From NCBI GenBank assembly GCA_913050175.1, contig CAJXAF010000001.1, positions 1,126-65,125 on the forward strand: DNA of 64,000 bases. The letters run 5' to 3'. This document shows positions 10,694 through 19,127 of this stretch, piece by piece. How positions within the stretch are numbered: position 1 is the first letter of the stretch; each line of letters opens with the position of its first letter. The DNA comes from an uncultured bacterium (GTDB taxonomy: Bacteria; Omnitrophota; Gorgyraeia; Duberdicusellales; 4484-171). Below the pieces are notes generated by a model. That model made no database searches. It had not been told where the DNA came from and was given only the letters and a program-made list of their open reading frames with translations. Made by a program: the position numbers and the translations under genes.

Positions 10694-10948
10694 ATGAGTA
10701 AGCAAACTAAAGATTCAAATATCTGGCGTTACTTTGAAAGCAAGTTAAAAGAGAGTCCTTTGGTCAAATTTATAAAGCAATACCCAAGGGTTTCTTTGGT
10801 AATTGGTATTATTTTATGCTTAGCCGTCTTAGCCCTGCCCCTATCCTTAAAAGATAAAATTCTCCTACCCCTAAGAGCTATAGCCGTTGGTCTTATAATT
10901 GCCTCAGCAGTCTTTATTGTAAAATTGAAAAAGCTGCCCCGTGATTAG
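10694..10948 (+). CDS. Hypothetical small membrane protein
   Basis: Two predicted TM helices; tightly packed after preceding ORF. Confidence 0.4.
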   Translation: MSKQTKDSNIWRYFESKLKESPLVKFIKQYPRVSLVIGIILCLAVLALPLSLKDKILLPLRAIAVGLIIASAVFIVKLKKLPRD

Positions 10949-11001
10949 ATTAAGTTTTTATTGTTGATTGACTGCTAATATTTGTAAGTTATAATGAAAT
11001 A

Positions 11002-11274
11002 ATGAGGATATTAACTTTACTAATATCTGTAATTATTGTTTTTAGCGGTTGCAGCAATAATTACTTAAGTAATTCCAAAACCACTCATCTCGCTCCTAGC
11101 CTTAGAGGTTTAAGCCAGAAAAATATCTACTCAAGATTTGGCGAGCCAACTAAAAAACAAATTTTGGTTGACTTTGATCGCCGTCGGGAAGTTTGGCACT
11201 ATCATCATAAGCATAAGCCATCTTTGAGAGTAGTTTTTTCTGATGGTTATGCAAGCAAGGTTTCATACCGTTAG
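11002..11274 (+). CDS. Hypothetical lipoprotein
   Basis: Lipobox-like LLISVIIVFSGCSNN at N-terminus. Confidence 0.45.
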   Translation: MRILTLLISVIIVFSGCSNNYLSNSKTTHLAPSLRGLSQKNIYSRFGEPTKKQILVDFDRRREVWHYHHKHKPSLRVVFSDGYASKVSYR

Positions 11275-11297
11275 ACTTTGGGAGGAGGGAGATAGTT

Positions 11298-11486
11298 ATG
11301 AAGAATTGTCCTTTTTGCGCTGAAGAAATTCTCTCAGAGGCCATAAAGTGTAAGCATTGCGGGGAATTTCTTTCAAAGAAACCAGCAGCAACATGGTACC
11401 AACGGCCATTTTCTATAATTGTTGCTTTTCTCTGTGTTGGCCCCTTGGCTTTGCCTTTGATTTGGTTTCATCCTAAGATTAGCTAA
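11298..11486 (+). CDS. Zinc-ribbon plus C-terminal TM small protein
   Basis: CPFC…CKHC zinc ribbon followed by hydrophobic helix; RBS ggaggaggg. Confidence 0.5.
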   Translation: MKNCPFCAEEILSEAIKCKHCGEFLSKKPAATWYQRPFSIIVAFLCVGPLALPLIWFHPKIS

Positions 11487-11622
11487 GCTTTAAAAATCAC
11501 TATAAGCCTGGTTGTCGTAATTGCCAGTTATTTTTTTGGTGTAGTATTTCTTAAGTCTTTAGCAGCAGTAAAACAATATTATCAGACGATAGATTCTTAT
11601 CTCAACTAATAAAGGTATAGAT

Positions 11623-12003
11623 ATGATTAGAAAAATACTTCTTGCTGATGACGATAAAGATACTGTTGATTTCCTAAAGAGGAGTTTAGAAAGAGAAGGT
11701 TTTGAGGTTAGCACTGCCTATGATGGTCTTTTAGCAAAAGAGGCTTTGGATAGTAATGAATTTGACCTTATAATTTTAGATTTGATTATGCCTGAATTCA
11801 ATGGCTGGCAGGTGTTGAGATGGTTAAGGCATGAAAAAAAACTTCTTACTCCGACTATTATACTTTCAGCAAAAGATCAAATAGCTGACATGCAAAAAAG
11901 TTATGATTTAAATGCTGATACTTATTTAATAAAACCAATTGATGTCAGCGATATTATCAGCGCAATAAAGATGTTATCTTCTTTGGGTTTTAAGAATAAT
12001 TAG
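11623..12003 (+). CDS. Stand-alone response-regulator receiver (CheY-like REC) protein
   Basis: ILLADDDKDTVDFLKRSLEREGFEV…DLIILDLIMPEFNGWQVL…SAKDQ…YLIKP: phospho-acceptor Asp pocket and conserved T/K positions; no output domain. Confidence 0.85.
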   Translation: MIRKILLADDDKDTVDFLKRSLEREGFEVSTAYDGLLAKEALDSNEFDLIILDLIMPEFNGWQVLRWLRHEKKLLTPTIILSAKDQIADMQKSYDLNADTYLIKPIDVSDIISAIKMLSSLGFKNN

Positions 12004-12042
12004 TTTTAGATAGACTTTAAAGAAATTCAAGGAATAAATTAT

Positions 12043-12411
12043 ATGCAACGTGATTCTGTAGATCGTAGGCGTTTTATTCATATTAAATTCCCCTTTACTG
12101 TTCACGTACGCCCTCTTGATAAACAGCCTATAGCTGCTTATTCCGAAGATATTAGCCAAGAAGGCATTAAAGTAACTATTAAGGACGAATTGGCAATAGG
12201 AAGTTTAACTGACTTGGAAGTTTTCATTCAGGCTGAACCTATTAAGTGCAAAGGAAAGGTCGTCTGGGTTAAAAAAAGAGATAGCAAGTATATTCAAGAT
12301 GAAATTTTTACTGACACAGGTATTGAATTTTATGATTTAAGTGAAAACAATAGTGCCTTAATCAAAGAACACATAAGTACTTTTAGTAAGACAAGCGGTT
12401 TTATTGAATAA
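12043..12411 (+). CDS. PilZ-domain protein (putative c-di-GMP receptor)
   Basis: Arg-rich N-terminal stretch DRRRFIHI, DISQEGI (DxSxxG) and GKVVWV β-strand motif; immediately downstream of REC gene. Confidence 0.6.
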   Translation: MQRDSVDRRRFIHIKFPFTVHVRPLDKQPIAAYSEDISQEGIKVTIKDELAIGSLTDLEVFIQAEPIKCKGKVVWVKKRDSKYIQDEIFTDTGIEFYDLSENNSALIKEHISTFSKTSGFIE

Positions 12412-12434
12412 AGCTTTAAGTAGGAGGTTATCGA

Positions 12435-12767
12435 ATGGGTTCACAAAGCTTAGGAGATCTGTTTAAGCACTATCTAAATCCTTTAGCTGATTTTCAATTT
12501 ACGCTTAATAACCCTGTATTTTGGCTATTGCTTTTTATATTATTTCTTTGCTTGTTACGATTTTGGGATATTAAGAAATCTTTATCTTTTTGTTTGGTTT
12601 CCGGTAGCATTCTTTTAGCTGCTACAAAAGTAGAAGAGATATTCGGTAATACAATTAAAGCCAGTGGTGAGCCCTTTGATCCTTTAATAGTTAGATTGGT
12701 TGCAATGATTTTTATTGCTATAGTTGTTTTGTACTACTGTTTTATCAAAACCGAGTCAGGGTATTAA
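12435..12767 (+). CDS. Hypothetical membrane protein
   Basis: Three hydrophobic helices; RBS aggagg. Confidence 0.45.
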   Translation: MGSQSLGDLFKHYLNPLADFQFTLNNPVFWLLLFILFLCLLRFWDIKKSLSFCLVSGSILLAATKVEEIFGNTIKASGEPFDPLIVRLVAMIFIAIVVLYYCFIKTESGY

Positions 12768-12867
12768 TTTGACAGGTAGCTGTTTTTATCTCTACAGTTT
12801 GTGACTTTCCTAAAGAAGTTAAATTGAAATAAAAATTTATATCAGTATAGATTCCAGAGGAGGGTTT

Positions 12868-13302
12868 ATGAGAATAAGCATTTTTTTATTTTTTTTATTT
12901 ACAGTTTGCAATAATTTAATATTTGCTGAAACAATAGTGCTTAACTCCGGAGAAGAAATCCAGGGGAAAATCGTTGAAAAAACCGATGCTTACATAAGAA
13001 TTTCAGATCCATCCGGTTTTCTCACGAAGCATGATAGTTCTGATATTAAAGATATTATCGATGATGCACCTGTATTTATAGAAGAAACCGAGCCTATTAG
13101 TGCAGCTGAGCCGATTTCTGACCCGGTAAGGCAAGAGCTTAGTGATAATTTAAAGAAAACTGAAAGCATGATTCAAGACACCTTAAAAGCTCTCTACCCC
13201 GCTCCTAAGAAAAGATCCGGTAACCAGGAAAAAGAGTCGGATAAGAGCAGCCTTCAAGAAGAAATAGACCGCAAATATAAGGGTTATGATAAATTTTACT
13301 AA
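12868..13302 (+). CDS. Hypothetical secreted protein with N-terminal β-motif shared with the 17916 protein
   Basis: Signal peptide then ETIVLNSGEEIQGKIVEKTDAYIRIS; RBS ggagga. Confidence 0.5.
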   Translation: MRISIFLFFLFTVCNNLIFAETIVLNSGEEIQGKIVEKTDAYIRISDPSGFLTKHDSSDIKDIIDDAPVFIEETEPISAAEPISDPVRQELSDNLKKTESMIQDTLKALYPAPKKRSGNQEKESDKSSLQEEIDRKYKGYDKFY

Positions 13303-13310
13303 AAATATCT

Positions 13311-13772
13311 ATGCGAGTTAGCGATCATGTAATTTACTGCCTTCCTCTTTCTTTAGCATTTTCCCTATATTTAAAATCACCGCTGCCAGGACTGTTATGT
13401 CTTGCTTCGGGAGTATTAATCGATGTTGATCATACTATTGAATATGTACAAGCATATGGTTTTAATTTAGGCTGCTTAAAGAAACTTCTTATAGCCACCC
13501 AGGTGAAATCTAAGAATAAAAAGATCTCTGATTTTAAGAAAATGTATCTTATTTTTCATAGTTTAGAATTTGTTATTATTTTTTGGATTATAGGTTTAGC
13601 TACTAAAAACCTATATTTTATAAGTGCAATTTCCGGGTATAGTCTACATATTTTACTTGATTTTATCGGTAACAGAGAGTATCCAAGATTTTATTGGATT
13701 ATCTGGCGGGCTAAAAATAAATTTTTGGTTGAAAAAATACTGCGTGTAGAAATCAATAAAGAACAATTATAG
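13311..13772 (+). CDS. Hypothetical polytopic membrane protein (possibly YdjM/DUF457-type metal-dependent hydrolase)
   Basis: Membrane helices with conserved His/Asp (IDVDHTIEY…HSLEF…HILLDFIGN); assignment tentative. Confidence 0.35.
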   Translation: MRVSDHVIYCLPLSLAFSLYLKSPLPGLLCLASGVLIDVDHTIEYVQAYGFNLGCLKKLLIATQVKSKNKKISDFKKMYLIFHSLEFVIIFWIIGLATKNLYFISAISGYSLHILLDFIGNREYPRFYWIIWRAKNKFLVEKILRVEINKEQL

Positions 13773-13808
13773 CAGTAATTTAGAAATATTAATTAAGAGG
13801 ATTCGGTT

Positions 13809-14797
13809 TTGAGAAAATTACTCATAGTTTGCTTGCTGCTTAGCTTAATTGCTTGTAATAGCCAAACCCCCCCAAACAGAAATCCAAACTCAATGTTAGT
13901 AAGGTAGAAAGCATTGGAGCAAAATCAGATGCTGGGGCAGATATTGCTCTCAATGGTATTATTTACGATGAAGGCCAGTCTTTAGCAATAATAAACGGTC
14001 AGATTTACTATCAAGGCGATTTCATAGGTCAGAATCAGATAATTGACATAGCAAGTGATTATGTACGGTTTAAGGCCAAAGATAGTGAGGATCATTCGAT
14101 AGTAAGACTATCTAGTGATCATAAAGAAGTAAGCGACCAGAAGTATTCGAAAGAAAAGTCTGTCAAAAAGGAGGAATCACGCCAATATCTTTTTGCCAAA
14201 GCTAAGCTTATAGATACAGAAGATTATCTTATCTTTATACCTGAGAAAACTAATTTTAACGATACCTATCCTTTAATTGTATTTTTTACTCCTGATGCCG
14301 ACACCAAAGGAACACTAAAGCATTTTAAGGATCTTGCTCAAAAATATAAGTGGCTGCTTTTTATATCTAAAGAGTTTCATATTGGTGTTGATATGGCTAA
14401 GGTAATTACTGATTTAGCTCTAACAATCGAAAGTTTATCAGAGAGCCTTCCAATAGATAAGTCTAAAATAATAGTAAGTGGATTTTCAGCCGGAGCAATG
14501 GGGGCTCATTTTTTTTCTTATGCAGAGCCTAAACTTATCTCAGCAATCATAATTAATAGTGGAACAATTCACCAGGATCTCAAAGGTGTAGTAACAGGTC
14601 ATCCAAAGTCAAAACGAGTAGTTTTCCTGGCGAGTCCGACCGATTATGGATACAAGAGCATGCTAGAGGATAAGCGATTTTTAGACAGCCTTGGTTGGAA
14701 GACTAAATGGATAGAATTTAAAGGTGGCCATAGACTCGCTCCTAAAGATATATATGAGAAGGCTTTTGCCTGGCTAAAAATTCAGTTTAGAGAGTAA
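13809..14797 (+). pseudogene. Lipoprotein α/β-hydrolase (esterase/PHB-depolymerase-like) interrupted by a frameshift at a C7 homopolymer; intact reading would give ~329 aa
   Basis: TTG start 8 nt after SD aagagg gives signal peptide MRKLLIVCLLLSLIAC (lipobox) that stops at 13905-13907. Downstream frame is open from 13862 to 14797 with no ATG until 14393. It encodes GFSAGAMGAH (GxSxG nucleophile elbow) and esterase-like C-terminus. One extra C in the C7 run 13867-13873 fuses both frames. Confidence 0.65.
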
Positions 14798-14884
14798 AAA
14801 GACCATAAAGGCATTAGGTTTTAAAACCTTTTCTACTTTTGAGCTCTATGCTATAATTTTCTAGTTCTCTATCATAAATTAAAA

Positions 14885-15775
14885 ATGATAATGTCTGCAG
14901 AAAAGCATAAATTAGAAGGAAATTTAGCCAATTGTCTTATAATTGGGGCACAGAAGTGTGCAACCTCAAGTTTATTCCATTATCTTAGCTTCCATCCCAA
15001 TGTCATTGCCTCAGCCCATAAAGAGCTTAATTTCTTTAATGAGGAGCTTTGTTGGGATAAAGGGCTTAATTGGTACAAATCTAATTTTGTAGGCAAAGCT
15101 AAAATTTATCTCGAAGCCTCACCTAGTTACACAAACTATCCCTTATATAAAGGCGTAGCCAAACGAATGCACTCTTTAATCCCCCAGGCAAAATTGATTT
15201 ATATAGTAAGAGACCCGATAGAGAGGTTAATTTCCCAATACTTAGATAGAGTCAAAGGCGGTCAGGAAACTCTTGCAATCGAAGATGCTTTTGTTGAGGG
15301 AGAAGATTCTGTATATATTGATTTTAGCAAGTATTATATGCAGTTAGAGCAGTTTTTAAATTATTATCCTAAAGAATCGTTTCTGATTTTAACAGCCGAA
15401 GAATTAAAAAATAAGCGCAGAGAAACTTTAAAGAGAGCATTTCGGTTTTTAAATATTGATGATGATTTTTATTGTGATGAGTTTTCCGACTTAATAAATG
15501 TTTCACGTGGTAAGTTAAAACGGAAAAAACCAAGGAGAATTGTTCGTTATTTTGCCCATGGCCCCAAGAAAAAGACTTCTTTTAGCAAATTAGGCTATGC
15601 AATGATCCCTAAAATCTTAAAGGACAAGGCTTTAGAATCAACAAAAACAGGGCAAAAGGTCTATCGACCTCTTTTATCCGAAGATCTAAGAAATAAGTTA
15701 ATCGAAGCCCTTAGGGCTGATATAGCCAAGTTAAGGGAGTTCAGCGGATGCAGTTTTAGCCAGTGGTGTCTGTAA
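14885..15775 (+). CDS. PAPS-dependent sulfotransferase (heparan-sulfate 3-O-sulfotransferase-like family), cytoplasmic
   Basis: CLIIGAQKCATSSLFHYLSFHP (5'-PSB P-loop) and LIYIVRDPIERLISQY (3'-PB motif); no signal peptide. Confidence 0.7.
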   Translation: MIMSAEKHKLEGNLANCLIIGAQKCATSSLFHYLSFHPNVIASAHKELNFFNEELCWDKGLNWYKSNFVGKAKIYLEASPSYTNYPLYKGVAKRMHSLIPQAKLIYIVRDPIERLISQYLDRVKGGQETLAIEDAFVEGEDSVYIDFSKYYMQLEQFLNYYPKESFLILTAEELKNKRRETLKRAFRFLNIDDDFYCDEFSDLINVSRGKLKRKKPRRIVRYFAHGPKKKTSFSKLGYAMIPKILKDKALESTKTGQKVYRPLLSEDLRNKLIEALRADIAKLREFSGCSFSQWCL

Positions 15776-15809
15776 TTTTTTTATGTTATAAATTAATAAA
15801 GGGGGGATT

Positions 15810-16235
15810 ATGGATAAGGGAATGAACATTATAAGCAAAATTACTAACTGGGTAAAGGCAATCTCTTCTCCGGGTAACTTAAGAAGTATATATGCAAAAT
15901 ATTCTACCCCTGTGTTTTTTCTCTTTGGTTTTTACATCCTTTACTGTTTATGCTTGATGCAGTTTATTATTTCTAAGTATAAATCTGCTGTTAATAATAA
16001 AGAAGCTTTTCTAGTAGTTTTCAAAGCAGCTGTTGGTAATGCCGTAATATTTTCAATTGGGTTAGCTATTTTGAGTTTTTGTCCTCAAACTAAGGCGGCT
16101 TCCCTCTTAAGTAGTTTTTTAGATGAACACTTTCCTTCAGCAATTATGCCCTTTATAATATCCCTAGGATGTATTATAATAGCATTTGTCTGGGCAGGTT
16201 TAACTAAAATCATTTCTACCAATAAAGATAAGTAA
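15810..16235 (+). CDS. Hypothetical polytopic membrane protein
   Basis: 3-4 TM helices, RBS aaaggggg. Confidence 0.45.
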   Translation: MDKGMNIISKITNWVKAISSPGNLRSIYAKYSTPVFFLFGFYILYCLCLMQFIISKYKSAVNNKEAFLVVFKAAVGNAVIFSIGLAILSFCPQTKAASLLSSFLDEHFPSAIMPFIISLGCIIIAFVWAGLTKIISTNKDK

Positions 16236-16267
16236 TATTTATCTTTATTGTAAGGGAATATCAATAT

Positions 16268-16486
16268 ATGACTCTATCAAAGTTAATGACAGTTCTGGGA
16301 TTTCTGGTGATTCTAACCGGGGTTCATAAGCTTTATTGCTCAATTAAGCCTGAGTCTGAGAGATGTTCTGTTTCTCCTGGCGAGGAGCCTTTTGAGGGAG
16401 CGACAGTAAATGAAAAGCTTTACACCTCAGGAGTTCGTTTTATTATATATGGATTTCTTATTCAATTGTTGAGGTTAGTAGTTTAA
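16268..16486 (+). CDS. Small two-TM membrane protein, paralog A
   Basis: …LTGVHKLYCSIKPESE…SGVRFIIYGFLIQLLRLVV; paralogous to ORF 16833..17063. Confidence 0.5.
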   Translation: MTLSKLMTVLGFLVILTGVHKLYCSIKPESERCSVSPGEEPFEGATVNEKLYTSGVRFIIYGFLIQLLRLVV

Positions 16487-16538
16487 ATCATACAAAAAAA
16501 TAGATTTAAGATATATAATTTATGAGGAGGAAGAGATA

Positions 16539-16811
16539 ATGAAATGTTGTCAGTGTAATAGCCCTAAAGTGTCTAACGGGAGAATTTTTAACCAAATAGA
16601 TTATATTGCTCCAGCAGCCTATTTTAGGCCCAATGGTTTAAGGACCTTTGCGATATTAGACACTAATGTTAGGATAAAAAATATTTTTTATAGTTGTTTG
16701 GATTGTGGATTTGTCTGGGGTGAGATTGACCCAGTTAAACTAAAGAAAGTAATAATTGAAAAAGCAACTGATAGCACTAAAGAAAGGCTAGATTTAAACA
16801 AAAAACAATAG
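16539..16811 (+). CDS. Zinc-ribbon small protein
   Basis: MKCCQCNSPK… CLDCGF two Cys pairs; strong RBS gaggaggaag. Confidence 0.5.
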   Translation: MKCCQCNSPKVSNGRIFNQIDYIAPAAYFRPNGLRTFAILDTNVRIKNIFYSCLDCGFVWGEIDPVKLKKVIIEKATDSTKERLDLNKKQ

Positions 16812-16832
16812 TTTAATAATAAAAGGAGGATC

Positions 16833-17063
16833 ATGGACAATGTCATAGATTATTCAACTTACCTTACAATATTGGGTCTTCTTACAACCTTAACAGGTAT
16901 TTATAAGCTACATCACTCAGTTAAAACTAATCCAGCCACTGAAATAACCTATCATGCTAAAGAGCCACATGATGCTGCAATAATCGATTATCATCAAGCA
17001 AGGTCAGGATTACGATTTACTATTTATGGTTTCTTAATACAAATGCTTACGGTAATATTTTAA
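16833..17063 (+). CDS. Small two-TM membrane protein, paralog B
   Basis: …LTGIYKLHHSVKTNP…SGLRFTIYGFLIQMLTVIF; RBS aaaggagg. Confidence 0.5.
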   Translation: MDNVIDYSTYLTILGLLTTLTGIYKLHHSVKTNPATEITYHAKEPHDAAIIDYHQARSGLRFTIYGFLIQMLTVIF

Positions 17064-17116
17064 GTGTTAAGTTATTTATCAGAAGAAAATATACTTCTAG
17101 TAAATTCAAAGTTCAG

Positions 17117-17395
17117 ATGAGATGCAATATTTTTTATCTTATTGCTGGTTTTGCCCTTCTTGTCAGTGCAGCTCTAACTAATTTACCGTCAAAAGAAGTA
17201 ATAAATCTTATAAATCCTGATAATCTATATAGTTTTCTTTCAAGGTTTCTTATGGATTCGGCAAAAACACCTTTAACCTGGGTGGGAATAGTTTTGCTAT
17301 TTTTTAGTTTTCGTGAACCAAAAGCTAAGATAAAAAAAGTAAAACTAGAAGCTAACGACAATCAAGGTAAAGATTTAAATAAATTAAAGACATAA
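17117..17395 (+). CDS. Hypothetical membrane protein
   Basis: Two hydrophobic helices, Lys-rich tail. Confidence 0.4.
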   Translation: MRCNIFYLIAGFALLVSAALTNLPSKEVINLINPDNLYSFLSRFLMDSAKTPLTWVGIVLLFFSFREPKAKIKKVKLEANDNQGKDLNKLKT

Positions 17396-17414
17396 AATAC
17401 TAAGAGGAGTTTTT

Positions 17415-17822
17415 ATGGATGGTTCTAAAAAAAGTGTGATCTTGATTATAATTGCTCTTTTAGTTGCCGGTATAATTGGATTAAGTTTCTATAGATCCCA
17501 GCGAGCTCCGACTATAGCAGTTGAGAAGATCTTAAGCTTTTGGCGCCCAGGTTATCATAATCTTGTTGGGGAGTACTGGCATAAAGATTCACGATATGAG
17601 ACTTTGTATAATGTAAGGCAATATAAAATTCTTAAATCAGAAATTAGAAAAGACCAAGCCAGAGTTATAACTAGAGTTAATTATATTACCGGCCATAAGT
17701 TGAAATTAGAAAATATATTTACCTTTCTCTTGAGCAAATCTAAAGGAAAGTGGAAGGCTTATAGGTACTATAAGGGTTTTAAAGATACTGAGACGAAAAA
17801 CAGAAGGGCCTTCTTGAATTGA
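17415..17822 (+). CDS. Hypothetical N-terminally anchored protein
   Basis: RBS aagaggag; single N-terminal TM. Confidence 0.45.
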   Translation: MDGSKKSVILIIIALLVAGIIGLSFYRSQRAPTIAVEKILSFWRPGYHNLVGEYWHKDSRYETLYNVRQYKILKSEIRKDQARVITRVNYITGHKLKLENIFTFLLSKSKGKWKAYRYYKGFKDTETKNRRAFLN

Positions 17823-17830
17823 GTTTATCT

Positions 17831-17914
17831 ATGACTGATACAAAAGTAAGAAAAATATTAGTAGTCGACGATGGGGAGGAGAACCTTAAGCTTTTAAATG
17901 AGAGAGGTATTTAA
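17831..17914 (+). pseudogene. 27-codon remnant resembling the N-terminus of a response-regulator receiver domain
   Basis: MTDTKVRKILVVDDGEENLKLLNERGI* matches the β1-α1 start of REC domains (ILVVDD…) then terminates. Confidence 0.3.
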
Positions 17915-17915
17915 A

Positions 17916-18920
17916 ATGAAACAAAGAAGATATTTGTTTTTAATTTTTTCTTTAGCATTTTCCTTCTATTTTTGCGGAAGTTCTTTTGCTGATATAGTTT
18001 TTCTAAAAAATGGCCGGGAATTAGAAGGGCAAATAATCAAGGAAGATGAATTAAAAATTTGGTTGCTTACTTATGGAAATGCTAAGATAGGCATAAAGAA
18101 ACGAGAAATATTAAAAATTGAACCTCAGGAATTTATAGCCAAAGATAGCAAGGCTCGTGGCGATACCACAAAGTCTAAAGGTCAAGCTAAAGGAAGCAAA
18201 AAAAGTAAGTACAATGTTATCTCTACTGAGGTTGTGTATGATGATATGGCCCGTAGCGATAAGAAAGATATTTATACTAAAGATTACTCAATCAGCGGCA
18301 CAACCTACCAACAAGTGCGCTTTAAAGACGGTAAAGCTATAGGTAAACACGTAGAATACAATAAAGACGGCACAGTTAAGTTGCAAGTCAGTATGTTAGG
18401 TAGTAAAAAAGAAGGAAAATTTGTCAGTTATTATAAAGGGGGTAGTATTAAGTATGAGGGTGAGTATGCGGGAGACTTAAAATCTGGTCTGCATAAGCAT
18501 TATTGGCCAAATGCTAGATTAAAATCTAAAATAACTTATAGATTAGATAAAAAGCATGGTTTAGCCCAAACCTTTTATGAAAGCGGAGAGTTGTTTGAGG
18601 AAGCTTATTATGTTGACGGCAAAAAGAGCGGAGAACAAAAACAATACTATAAAAGTGGTAAAGTATTAGCAGAGATGACTTATTTTAATGATGAGCCTCA
18701 AGCTAAGGGCAAAAAATATTATGAGAACGGTAAAACTCAAGAAGAGTATTTTTATGATCTCGGCGTAACAAAAGCTTACTTTGAAAGTGGAAAAATTAAG
18801 AGTGTAATTAACTTTAAGAAACTAAAGTATATTGAGTATGATGTTGAAGGTAATATCATTTATAATGGTGAACTGACCGATGAAATGGCAAATAAAGTTA
18901 AAGATCAAGATGACGAGTGA
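17916..18920 (+). CDS. Secreted MORN/YwqK-type repeat protein
   Basis: Signal peptide MKQRRYLFLIFSLAFSFYFCGSSFA (start chosen at second Met, SD gagagg) followed by DIVFLKNGRELEGQII motif. C-terminal half has ~23-aa repeats G-x-Y…G-x-x-x-G-x-Y (KEGKFVSYYKGGSIKYEGEY…, YYVDGKKSGEQKQYYKSGK…, KKYYENGKTQEEYFY). Confidence 0.6.
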   Translation: MKQRRYLFLIFSLAFSFYFCGSSFADIVFLKNGRELEGQIIKEDELKIWLLTYGNAKIGIKKREILKIEPQEFIAKDSKARGDTTKSKGQAKGSKKSKYNVISTEVVYDDMARSDKKDIYTKDYSISGTTYQQVRFKDGKAIGKHVEYNKDGTVKLQVSMLGSKKEGKFVSYYKGGSIKYEGEYAGDLKSGLHKHYWPNARLKSKITYRLDKKHGLAQTFYESGELFEEAYYVDGKKSGEQKQYYKSGKVLAEMTYFNDEPQAKGKKYYENGKTQEEYFYDLGVTKAYFESGKIKSVINFKKLKYIEYDVEGNIIYNGELTDEMANKVKDQDDE

Positions 18921-18945
18921 ACTATCTTAAAGGGAGGGATTAATC

Positions 18946-19116
18946 ATGGATTATTTTCAAGAAGCTGCAAACTGGTTTACTGAGGCTGAACATCTTTTCT
19001 TTAAGGACGAAACTCAGGCAAAGCAATTATTTTGTTCTGCCATGAAGAACCTCACCCTAGGCATGGGTGAAATCAAGACTTTATTAGAAAAAAAAGCCTC
19101 TCAAGATAACAACTAA
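18946..19116 (+). CDS. Small 56-aa hypothetical protein (below ORF-track cut-off)
   Basis: ATG 7 nt after SD aagggaggg; fills the 207-nt gap before the PilZ gene. Confidence 0.35.
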   Translation: MDYFQEAANWFTEAEHLFFKDETQAKQLFCSAMKNLTLGMGEIKTLLEKKASQDNN

Positions 19117-19127
19117 GGATTTTTTAG

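Noticed and set aside
12043-12411. Whether ORF 12043 is truly PilZ given its atypical RRRF N-motif
   Set aside because: Not rejected outright, but the RxxxR spacing is imperfect. Kept as PilZ at reduced confidence because DISQEGI and GKVVWV fit and a REC partner is adjacent.
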